Assembly (NCBI GenBank): GCA_965153455.1
Contig: OZ234493.1
Span: 19,458,213-19,522,212 of the forward strand
Source: Sphagnum compactum
Taxonomy: Eukaryota
Direction of reading: 5' to 3'
DNA: 64,000 nucleotides
Of this stretch, positions 14,366-25,824 are shown piece by piece (the stretch's first letter is position 1; each line of letters begins with the position of its first letter). Position numbers and translations under genes: made by a program. The notes beneath the pieces were generated by a model, which was not told where the DNA came from, ran no database searches, and was given only the letters and a program-made list of their open reading frames with translations.

Positions 14366-14912
14366 TAAGAGCAGGTCCACAAGTGCTGGCTATATGGCTG
14401 TAGACAGTAAATTTTGGCTCAGCACAATGGCTTTGGCTGGACATTTTCCCTGAGAATACCAAGGCAGGCAAAAGCCTCAGCAAAGGACAATACCTGCTAT
14501 TGATTGTTCAATAGACTGTTAGACAGGTGGTTGGTCGAAGTAGGTTGCTAATAGCTATTATTGGTTACCGATCATTTGCATTGTCAGTTTTAGTGCGGGG
14601 TTGGGAAAAGAAAAAGAAACTAATCCTGGTTTTGGGATATATCGGGTTCCATTGCAATATACTCAGAGCACCTGTGGAGCTGCTCTAAAGGATGATTTTA
14701 GCTACAACAAAAGCTGTTTTGTCAAGTGATTTCACTGAATTTTGAATGAATTCATTATTTTTTAATTAATTAATGAATGGGCAATAATGAATTGCACCCA
14801 CATCTTTTATAATTAGAAACAAACACAAAGCTTTTGTAACTTGATACCAGTATAGATGCTGGTTTGGTCAAGGCATAGTATTTGTCCCTGGTATACCAGA
14901 TACAAATATTAT

Positions 14913-16935
14913 CAGTATTTTTTTCTTTTCTCTTTTCTTTTTCTCAATTTTGTGGTTTGTAACTTTGTCAAAAATTTCCATTTATTGAGCATTATTTTCT
15001 CGAATTGACACTATTAAAACGAATTTCCCCAATTTCTTCAAAAAAACGTTTAGCCATAGCGCGAAAATTCACCCAAAAAAATCACTTTTCTACACAGAAT
15101 TTCTTTTGTTTTTCGACTCCAGATTTATTTGTTATGACTGTCCATGTAATTTTTCCTTCTCCCCCCAGGCTGCTCCGATCATAGCCACTGGCCAGGGCGA
15201 ACCAGCACCTACACTGGTACACTCACCGTCTTGAGGAAGGCATCTTAGAGGCTGTCTTTATCGATTCAGAGACTCTGATTTTGTCTAAGAGTATCTCCAT
15301 CACAAGACTGTAAACAACTCCTTTATGTTATACTAGAACAGTGTTTAATCATCACTGTCCCCACCCACAACCGTCATAAAATTCCCTTTAAACACTCAAA
15401 GACCATTTATGTCTTTACATCTGGACCACTAATAGTCACTGCATGTCCAAATACACGTAGAAATAAGCTTTTAAAGGGGTTAAAATAACCACTGCAAAAT
15501 TGAAATCAATACCGGAGCGGAGGAGGGGTTACGCTATGCTGCTGCAAGATTTAATGACAAGGGGTGTTTGCAGGTGTAGGGTGGCCGGTTCACCCAAGGC
15601 CCAATTAATCATCCATTGCCTGCAACATGAGCTCTGGCAGAACGCTTCAATAATGCAGTGGGTGAAATCAGCCAACAGCAGGAAACGTGTGGAGCAATAT
15701 TTTTTGGGTGAGTTTTGAGATATAGCCCAAGTGGCTATCATCGGTAGGAAGATTTAGTCAGATTTGGCTATGAGCTAAATATCGCATTAGAAAATCTTCA
15801 ATATCTTTCTCTAATTTTTGGCTACCCACTTGAAAACCATGTATGGAAATCTGACGATTTTTCTTTGGATTTGGTTGAATTTTGGCTATTGAAAATCTCA
15901 AAAAGCATTTGATTTTAGCACTTTCTAAATTTATGACTTAGCTTTTTTTCGACAATAGTTTATTGGTGAAAGAAAGGTCGGTGTGTGGATGTGAACAAAA
16001 GTCATGATGATAATAATGGAGGAGGCCAGAGGGAAAACGTAGAAAGCGCGTTTGACAAGTCTCAAGCTGACATGAGTAGGAAATAGAGACATGTGTTCCA
16101 GAAAAGAAAGTAATGAATTGTTCAGTGGCCAAGAAATCGGTAAAGCGCGTATGCTAGAATCTGAAGAGTCACGGCAAAATCCTTCTAGAAGTTTCTGGGC
16201 GAGGAGAAAATGAAGAAGAAGAAACATTTGTGAGAAAAGTCGCAAAAGGAGTAAGAAAAGAGAGTGCGAATTCCAGGGAGATCCTGAAGAGGAAAGGGGT
16301 TGGTGTTCTTTGGAGAGATCTAGTGGAAAGTTCAGCTTGCGAGAATCTGTGATGTGAGGGACACCCATCATACCCTGTGTATGCTATTGGGATGGCAGAG
16401 GATTTCTAGCAGGTTTTATGAGAGCTTCTTCTTCTGTGAGAAAGGTCGAAAAAGGAATAAGAAGAAAAGAGTGTGAGAATTCCAGGGAGTTCGTGAAGAG
16501 GAAAGCAGTTGATGTTTTCTGGCGAGATCTAGTGGAAAGATCAGCTTAGCTTGTGGGAATCTGTGATGTGAGGGACACCCATCATACCCTGTGTATGCTA
16601 TTGGGATGGCAAAGGATTTGTAGCAGGTTTTATGAGAGCAAAAGGTTAAGAGAAAAATATTTATGAGAGCAGTGAGCAAAAGGAATTTCAGTTGTGCGAA
16701 ATATGGTAAAGCAAAAAGGAGTTGACCTTTCACAAGGGTCTTCAAAAAGAAAGAGAGATGTTGTGTGGACCCCTGCCGCGATTGAGACACCTTTGGTCCC
16801 GGCTGAAAATGCTCCTTCAAGCTCTGGATGGCACAGCAATGTGGTGCTTCTTCTTGACCTTATGATGAGCTTTCTTTGCACAGTTTTTCTTGGGTTTTCC
16901 CAAGTTACATGTTGAAGTTTGTTTTTTCTTTATTT
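14913..16935. repeat. Right inner arm, immediately upstream of the NLR, with an internal ~200-bp tandem duplication (about 16228-16425 and 16436-16639)
   Basis: Reverse-complement match to 8320-10461. The block ...gtgatgtgagggacacccatcataccctgtgtatgctattggg... occurs twice. Confidence 0.93.
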
Positions 16936-17865
16936 TTTTTATTTTGTTTCGGTGTTGACAATTTTCTTTGACCCTTACAACCATGATAGCTTATTGTCCT
17001 CACAAAGCATCAGGAGAAGGAGGTCTAGTTCAGAGTTGAACTCCCAACCAACAACTTCACAACCATACCTTTTAGTCACTAGGATACTTGAATGTCCCCC
17101 ATCATTTACAAGTTTCCTTGTCATACATTTTTACTTTGCTTACTTTCCAGTATGGTTGTTTAGATAAAAACGATATGAAATAATGTTTAAAACAATACGA
17201 AATGGAGTCATCATATTAGCCTCTTACATTAGGTCGGTAACTCATTTGCTAACAAGTAGAATTGGTGAAAGGGAAATTTGTCAAAATTTGTCATTGATTA
17301 AGAATATATTGAACTTGTCAGGATTGGAACTTTCATTACAGATTATGAGTTAAGTTCAATGTGTAGTTCTTGATCCAACAACCTAGAGCAAATTATTAAA
17401 ATGCTCTTGGACTTTCTTATTGGGTTTGTGTTCGAATTCCTAAGCCATCAAAGTTCTTAGAGGCCCAATTGTTGGGGGAAGATGTCATGAAATACAAGTG
17501 AACCAAACTAGATGGCTCAGTTAGTCAACCCAAACTTGAAAGAATCCAATCCGAAGCATTAACCTTTATTGTTTGGCATGCGTTCCACCTGTTATGTAAC
17601 AACGTTTGCTTATTGAACTATGTTTTCAAACTTTGAGGTCTATGACAAGTGAATAATCTTCATTTGTTAGTCATACAATCTAGATTTGGTATTCTTTGAT
17701 TCATCTATTATTGTCATCTTGTTAAACTTAATATTTTCGACTAATTATTGCCTTTGTTTAACTACTATAATTTGTATATTGCATTTATCTTGTTTCATGT
17801 ATAGTCTACTAATTTCCAAGAAAGGTATGAAGAATTGTGTTGACTCGTTTTCATTTTCTTTGCAG

Positions 17866-19581
17866 AAATATCTAGTGCATGATTTAAATCCCAGCTACAA
17901 TTCCAATAATCCAACCTTCACCATCATTTTTTTTCATGGGATTGTTTTTGGCACGAATGATGCATGGAAGGAAACATGGACAACACGTCCCACCAATGAT
18001 AGAGAAAAGTGCATATGTTGGCCAGAAAAGTGGCTACCTGAAGACTTGAACAACAATGTTCGAATTTTATCATTGTCCTATGATTCTCACATTGTGGCAA
18101 GTGTTCACGATGATGTGACTGAAATTGGCAAAAACCTCATTCAAAGTTTGATTGCAAATTCAAGGTGTGAAAATCTCCTCTACTTATTTGAAAAACATAT
18201 ATATATATATATTTTTTTTATTTTTTTTTATTTTTTTTCAGCTATATTTCCAACGTAACACATAGAAGATGAGTTGTACATTAACAAAAGAATGTACACA
18301 CTTACACATTTGTGCATAATAATTGCTTTACCAAAACATGGTTGTCACATTTTCTAGGTAGATTAATGGAATCAATAAATGAAAAATGACACATGACAAG
18401 CAAATCAATTATGAACTTATGGCTTAGGTCATGTGTCAATTGGAAAATTGCTCCAAGTATAATAGGATGAATTTGTGCATGTTAATACAATGTTGATAAT
18501 GGAATTTTGGTGCATTGTTAAATATTTTGTAGGTATCAATCCCTTTGGGATGGACCAGTGGCATTAGTTGCTTATAGTTTTGGAGGTCTTGTACTCAAAA
18601 GCTTGGTGGTTGAAGCTCACAAACGTGTATATCAACGGCTAACAAATGGTTTGGATGATGAAATACAAAAATGTTGTAAAACATTTTTGAACAATGTCAA
18701 AGGTGTAATATTTTACGGTGTACCACATTCTGGTGCTAGCAATTTATCAAAATATTTCAAATGGCAATGTCAACAAATCAACACGTTCAACAAACATTTT
18801 GCCCCACTTGGTTTTTCAAGAAATTAAAAACCTTTCAACAAACAAATGCAATCCCTTTCAAAGGAGTTTAAAGATGCTGTTCATGAAGACTTCAACATTT
18901 ATGAATTTGGCGAAGGATTACCAATCAACAAGAATTGGGTAAAATTTTCATTGTATCACATTGAAAGTTATTTTCATTAGTTAAACATTTTTGTACTGTC
19001 AAAACTTGTGTGAAATCATGTACTCAATACTTCTGAATATATCAATGTGGTGAATGGGTCATGTGTTTTATGAACTTTGTTTCATGAATTACTATTGATG
19101 GAAATGAAATGTGATTGATTTCAAACATTAGGAAATAGGTTTAAAATTTCCCTTCATCAAATCAATTCCACATAAATATTTTAAAGGAAAATCATAACAT
19201 CATTAAAACATGTAAGATTCCTAATTAAAAACCAATAACTTTGTGATGTATTTATATAAGTTGTTTGCCAAAGGGTTGAAGGAAATTACTTGTATACAAT
19301 ATTTCATTATTATTCAAACATCAATAGTTATTAAGTTATAGTTTCCACTACCATTTGGTTTATAAGTTAAAGGATAAGTGAACAAACAAATCAATAAGTT
19401 TCATTAACTTAATTTTTTGCACATGCAGGGAATTTTAGTGCCATATGTCTCAGCTACTCAGTTGTCAAACAACAACCATTACAAAATTGAGGATGCTAAT
19501 CACTTCACAATTTGTAAGCCACCAAACAAGGATCATGCAAGCTACTTTTTATTATTACAATGTTTGAAAATATGTATGAAG
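17866..19581 (+). CDS. N-terminal alpha/beta-hydrolase (SERAC1/PGAP1/SesB-like) domain exons of the NLR
   Basis: Spliced translation reads ...IIFFHGIV...CWPEKWLPEDL...VRILSLSYDS...GPVALVAYSFGGLVLKSLV...VIFYGVPHSG...GFSRN*KPFNKQM...FGEGLP...DANHFTICKP. The frame continues cleanly past the TAA to the GT donor at 18939. Confidence 0.85.
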
Positions 19582-22500
19582 GTAAAAACATCAAATTTAA
19601 GTCTTTTGATTTCATATATGTTCATGTAATTTGAAACACACTCGGTCACAGCACATTTGATGTGTTTTGCATATGCAATGTCATATATAATGATTATCAA
19701 ATAAGAAATATAGCATATAAATGACCTATATTTTGTGAATTTTGACAGAAAAATATATTGCTTCCACGTTTGCCATGTCATGAGGTGGCGTTGATTGACA
19801 AAGCACGAGACATAAACATCTTGTTACAAAAGCAATCTATTGTTGGTTTGGTTGGAATGGGTGGGATTGGAAAAACCACTTTGAGTCAAAAATTCTATCA
19901 TTTGTTCCACAACCAATATGACAAATCTAGTTTTTTGGAGGATGTGAAATCAAAGGACAATATCAATGATGTCATTAAACAACTCCTACATGATTTGTGT
20001 GGCAAAAGGTTATGCAAGGATGAAAATGTGAATCAAGAACACCTTGACGAAATCAAGCAATGTATGATATCGAAAAAAGTGTTAGTGGTGGTGGATGATG
20101 TTGGTAAGACGGAGAACCTTACATCCTTGCAACTTCTTGTTGAAAAGGGTGCCAAGAATGCAACTTCTAAAAGCAAAGTACTTGTGAATTGTCGAAATTG
20201 GCAAATTCTAAAATCTCATGTAAGTGAGGATGGAAAAGTGGTCATGAAATCTTTGGAGGAAGAGCAAGCAAGGGAACTATTTATGTTCCATGCATTCGGT
20301 AATGCAAATCATGTTCCAACAAAAGATTTCAACGATATATGTATGAAGATTATAAAAGCTTGTGTGGGGCTCCCTTTAAGTCTTAAAGTATTGGGGTCTT
20401 TTTTATGCAATAATAAAGAATTGGAAATTTGGAAAGATGCATTGAGCACATTGAAAAGTGGGCAAAGTTTGACAGGGGGCAATGATAATGAAGAGCTTTG
20501 GAATGTATTGAGAATTTCTTATGACCATTTGGATAAAAGACATAAAAACATGTTTTTGGATATTGCTTGTTTTTTTGGTGGTTTGAAAATAAGTACAATT
20601 TATCGAGCGTGGAGTGGAGATTATTTACACCCAAAACTTGGATTACAAAATTTACAAGAAAGATCTTTAATCGAAGGGGTAGAATGTGGAATCTTGTTCA
20701 TACATGACCAATTACGAGACATGGGTCGAAATATTGCAATGGAATTACCAATTATGAATCGATTTGTATGGAAATCAAATGAATCAAATTATTTTTTACA
20801 AAAGGATGAGGTTGTCATTCTATTTTTTCAATCCTATAATTTTATTTCAATTTCTTATGATTTTTTTAATGTCCAAAACCAAATGTTTTAGCTTTGAATT
20901 TTGATTTTATAAATACATGTTTTTCTAATAAATTTTGGCATTAGGATGAAATGTTATTTTGCATTGATAACCCTTTTGTTTTCATTTCATGTGATAGGTG
21001 GTGGAACATTTAGAGGGCATTTCATTGAAAAAATGTGTCGATTTGCCTTTGTTGTCCAAAATCGACTCAAAGGGATTTCCCAACCTTAGGTTGGTTGACC
21101 TAACAGAAGCTTCACCAACTATTGTGGAAAATTTTATCAAACAACGAAATTTGAGTAATGTTAAATGGTTATGCCTCAAAAAATGCATGATGGAAAAATT
21201 GCCAAGTAATTTGTTTTCTTGTTCACAACTTCGAATGCTTGATTTGGCACAATGCAAAGAATTGAAAGAACTACCTTCATCTATTGGCCAAGTGAATGCA
21301 CTCCAAGAGCTTGATTTGTCAGGGTGTTCCAACTTGAAAGAATTACCTTCATCTATTGGTCAACTGAATGCACTCCAAAAGCTTGATTTGCATATGTGTT
21401 CCAATTTAGAAGAACTACCTTCATCTATTGGCCAATTGAATGCACTCCAAGAACTTGATTTGTCAAAGTGTTCCAACTTGGAAGGACTACCTCCATCTAT
21501 TGGCCAATTGAATGCACTCCAAAAACTTTATTTGTTAGGGTGTTCCAACTTGAAAGAACTACCTCCATCTATTGGCCAATTGAATGCACTCCAAGAGCTT
21601 TGTTTGTTAGAGTGTTACAACCTGAAAAATCTACCTTCATCTATTGGCCAATTAAATGCACTCCAAAAGCTTGATTTGCAAAGGTGTTCCAAGTTGAAAG
21701 AATTACCTTCATCTATTGGTCAATTGAAGGCACTCCAAGAGCTTGATTTGTTAGGGTGTTCCAACTTGAAAAAACTACCTCCATCTATTGGCCAATTGAA
21801 TGCACTCCAAAAGCTTGTTTTGTCACAGTGTTCCAACTTGGAAGAACTACCTCCATCTATTGCCCAATTGCATGGACTCCAAGTGCTTGTTTTGTCAGCG
21901 TGTTCTAACTTGGAAGGACTACCTCCATCTATTGGCCAATTGAATGCACTCCAAAAGTTTGATTTAGGAGTGTGTTCCAAGTTGGAAAAACTACCTTCAT
22001 TTATTGGCCAATTGAATGCACTCCAAGAGCTTAATTTGTCAAGCTGTCCCAAGTTGAAAGAACTGCATTCATCTATCGGCCAATTGAATGCACTCCAAAA
22101 GCTTAGTTTACGATGGTCTTATAACTTGAAAGAACTACCTTCAGTTATTGGCCAATTGAATGCACTCCAAAAGCTTGATTTGCATATGTGTTCCGAGTTG
22201 AAAGAATTACCTTCATCTATTGGCCAATTGAATGCACTCCAAGAGCTTGATTTGGGAGTGTGTTACAAGTTGAAAAAATTACCTTCATCTATTGGTCAAT
22301 TGAATGCACTCCAAAAGCTTGATTTGCATATGTGTTCCAACTTAGAAGAACTACCTCCATCTATTGGCCAATTGAATACACTCCTAAAGCTTTATTTGTG
22401 GGATTGTTCCAACTTGAAAGAATTACCTCCATCTATTGGCCAATTGAATGCACTCCAAAAGTTTAATTTGCAAATGTGTTCCAAGTTGGAAAAATTACCT

Positions 22501-23826
22501 TCATCTATTGGCCAATTGAATGCACTCCAAGAGTTTTATTTGTCAGGGTGTTCCAACTTGAAAGAACTACTTCCATCTATTGGCCGATTGAATGCACTCC
22601 AAAAGCTTGATTTGCAAAAATGTTCCGAGTTGAAAGAATTACCTTCATCTATTGGCCAATTGAATGCACTCCAAGAGCTTGATTTGGGAGTGTGTTACAA
22701 CTTGAAAGAACTACCTCCATCTATTGGCCAATTGAATGCACTCCAAAAGCTTGATTTGTCAGGGTGTTCCAACTTGAAAGAACTACCTCCATCTATTGGC
22801 CAATTGAATGCACTCCAAAAGCTTGATTTGTCAGGGTGTTCCAACTTGAAAGAACTACCTCCATCTATTGTGCAATTGAATGCACTCCAAAAGTTTAATT
22901 TGCGAATGTGTTCCAAGTTGGAAAAATTACCTTCATCTATTGGCCAATTGAATGCACTCCAAGAGTTTTATTTGTCAGGGTGTTCCAACTTGAAAGAATT
23001 ACCTCCATCTATTGGCCGATTGAATGCACTCCAAAAGCTTGATTTGCAAAAATGTTCCGAGTTGAAAGATTTACCTTCATCTATTGGCCAATTGAATGCA
23101 CTCCAAGAGCTTTATTTGTGGGATTGTTCCAACTTGAAAGAACTACCTCCATCTATTGGCCAATTGAATGCACTCCAAAAGTTTAATTTGCGAATGTGTT
23201 CCAAGTTGGAAAAACTACCTTCATGTATTGGCCAATTGAATGCACTCCAAGAGCTTGATTTGTTAGGATGTTCCAACTTAAAAGAACTACCTCCATATAT
23301 TGGCCAATTGAATGCACTCCAAAAGTTTAATTTACGAATGTGTTCCAAGTTGGCAAAACTACCTTCATCTATTGGTCAATTGAATGCACTCCAAGAGCTT
23401 GATTTGTTAGGGTGTTCCAACTTGAAAGAATTACCTCCATCTATTGGCCAATTGAATGCACTCCAAAAGCTTGATTTGCAAAGGTGTTCCGAGTTGAAAG
23501 AACTACCTTCATCTATTGGCCAATTGAATGCACTCCAAAAGCTTTATTTGTGGGGTTGTTCCAACTTGGAAGCATTACCTCCATCTATTGGCCAATTGAA
23601 TGCACTCCATGAACTTGATTTGTGGGGTTGTTCCAACTTGAAAGGACTACCTTCATGTATTGGCCAATTGAATGCACTTCGAAAGCTTGATTTGTTGGGC
23701 TGGTCCAATTTGGAAGGACCACCTTCATCTTTTGGCCAATTGCATGCATTTCAAAAGTTTGATTTTTGCAAATGTTCCAACTTGAAAGAACTACCTTTAT
23801 GTATTGGGCAATTGAATGCTCTCTGA
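17866..23826 (+). CDS. Hydrolase-NB-ARC-LRR (HNL-type) NLR immune receptor. Exons 17866-18164, 18533-18938, 19429-19581, 19749-20810, 20998-23826. Start exon not located. One in-frame TAA at 18825-18827 makes this allele a possible pseudogene.
   Basis: GT-AG introns keep the reading frame across all five exons. Hydrolase motifs FFHG, AYSFGG, YGVPHSG and DANHFTICKP; NB-ARC P-loop GMGGIGKTT, kinase-2 LVVVDDV, GLPL, FLDIACFF and IHD; then a 24-aa LRR array. Confidence 0.9.
19749..20810 (+). CDS. NB-ARC domain exon
   Basis: ORF 19758-20891 carries P-loop, kinase-2, RNBS-B (SKVLVNCRN), RNBS-C, GLPL, RNBS-D and an MHD variant (IHD). Acceptor tttgacAG ends at 19748; donor GT at 20811. Confidence 0.95.
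21229..23820 (+). repeat. Coding tandem array of 36 x 72-bp LRR units, consensus LQ(K/E)LxLxxCSxLKELPsSIGQLNA
   Basis: Units counted in the 942-aa ORF; 21229 + 36 x 72 = 23821, the codon just before the TGA. The nucleotide core tctattggccaattgaatgcactcc recurs in most units. Confidence 0.97.
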
Positions 23827-25110
23827 AAGCTTGATTTGTGAGGGTGTTGCAACTTGAAAGAACTACCTTCATTTATTGTCCAATTCAATGCATTCCAAGA
23901 GCTTGATCTACGAAGGTGTTCTGAATTGAAAGAATTAGCTTCATCTATTGGTCAATTGAATGCACTCCAAAAGCTTTATTTGTTAGGGTGTTCCCACTTG
24001 AAAAAACTGTTTTCATCTATTGACTAATTGAATGCACTCGAAAAACTTGATTTGCGAAGGTGTTCTAAGTTGAAAGAACTACCTTCATCTATTGGCCAAT
24101 TGAATGCGCTCTGAAAGTTTGATTTGTGTGAGTGTTCCAACTTGAAAGAACTACCTTCATCTATTGGTCAATTGAATGCACTCCAAGAGCTTGTTTTGTG
24201 CGAGTGTTCCAACTTGAAAGAACTACCTTCATGTATTGGCCAATTGAATGGACTTCGAAAGCTTGGTTTGTCAAAATGTCCCAACATAACTACCCTCATC
24301 TATTGGCCTATTGAATGCACTCAAAAAGCTTGATTTGTCATGGTGTTCCAACTTGAAAGAATTATTTTCATCTATTGGCCAATTGAATGCACTCCAAAAG
24401 TTTTATTTGTTAGGGTGTTCCAACTTGAAAGAACTACAATCATCTATTGGCCGATTGAATGCACTTTAAAAGCTTGATTTGAATGGGTGTTCCAGTTGAA
24501 AAAATTATCGTCATCTATTGGTCAATTGAATGCACTCTAAGAATTTGATTTGTTAGGGTGTTGCAACTTGAAAGAACTACCTTCATGTATTGGCCAATTG
24601 AATGCACACCGAAAACTTGATTTCAATAAGTTGAAAAAATTATCGTCATCTATTGGTTAATTGAATGCATTCCAAGAATTTGATTTGTCAAGGTGTTGCA
24701 ACTTGATTGAAACTACCTTCATTTATTGACCAATTGAATGCACTCCAAATTTTTATTTATAAAACTTCTACAACTTGAAAGCATCATCCAAAAAATACAT
24801 TCATCTATGGGCGAATTGAATGCACTCAAAGTTTTTCATTTGTCATGGTGTTCCAATTTGAAATAACTAGTTTCAACTATTGGTCATTGAGTGCACTTGA
24901 GAATTTTGATTTGTGTGAATGCTTCAACTTGCAAGAATTATTTGCATGTACATTGGCCAATTAAATGCATTCCAAAAGTTTTAGTTGTGGGAGCTTAATT
25001 TATACGAGCTTATAGGAATTACTTACGTTTATTAGCCAATTTAATGCATTCAAGGAACTTAATTTGTTAAGGTATTTCAATTTGAGATAATTACTTTCAT
25101 CCATTGCCGA
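23821..25110 (+). pseudogene. About 17-18 degenerate LRR units continuing downstream of the stop codon
   Basis: The same 72-bp unit continues with stops (ctctga, gactaa, ctctaa) and small indels, and diverges more toward 25.1 kb. Confidence 0.9.
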
Positions 25111-25824
25111 CTGTATCGTTTGTAAAAAACCCTTATTTTCAACCAAACCACTTTCAACTTGATGTCATCTTCGACTACGTTTCAATTGTATTGTTTTGAA
25201 CATTTAAAAAAATTATTCACAATTTTCAAGTAAATTGTGAGCCACCTACTCTTTTGGTGGACAAATGAAGGCATATCCCAAATATTTTGCAGCTCACAGA
25301 ATGTTCTTAGCACGCCCATGGTCTACAATTGAATTCTAGTCAAAATGTTGACTTGGAAATTTACATAGTTTATAGTCAAGCCTTTATGGGTGATGTGTCC
25401 CATGTTCAACTACTTTGGTTGATTACAAAACATAGTGATGGATGATAGATCACACATTGATGGATGACATTGAGATTAACACTAATGTCTTCGTTGCAAG
25501 TGCACATCAAGACCATTTCTCGACTATGATTACAAGTTGAAGGCAAAAAATGAATGTTGAATAGTCTTACATATTATGTCCACAATTCAATTGCAAATGT
25601 TATTTAGTAAACATGACAACAACCATTGTGCCATGTTCTATAAACAGTGGTATATGCATGGTTCTGGTTTTAAGAAACAAATATTTATTGAGGTTGTCAA
25701 AGCCAACAAAATCATAAGGATGAAAATATGTTCTTTTTCTTTGAAAGACCCCCACAACTAGATTTTGAAAACTATCAAGTTATTTGATGATTTGTCAAAA
25801 ACATTCAAATCCTAGGTTATGCGA

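Larger units (their letters stand above)
12676..14872 (+). repeat. Direct repeat of about 9841-11535 with extra insertions
   Basis: Colinear match, for example gagatgatcttagacaaaat, gagaataccaaggcag and aagaaactaatcctggttttggg. Insertions at 13362-13688 and about 13730-13965 occur only in this copy. Confidence 0.93.

Noticed and set aside
19854-19874. miR482/2118-type site at the P-loop targeted by the 60-kb hairpin
   Set aside because: The site simply reflects GMGGIGK codons, and neither hairpin arm is adequately complementary to it or to the LRR unit.
21229-25110. CRISPR-like array of constant repeats with variable spacers
   Set aside because: The period is 72 bp in frame and encodes LRRs; the variable parts are homologous codons; the context is eukaryotic with no cas genes.
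16936-25824. NLR segment as cargo of a Helitron or TIR transposon
   Set aside because: A 5' TC exists on the minus strand, but I found no 3' hairpin-CTRR end, no TIRs and no TSD at the boundaries.
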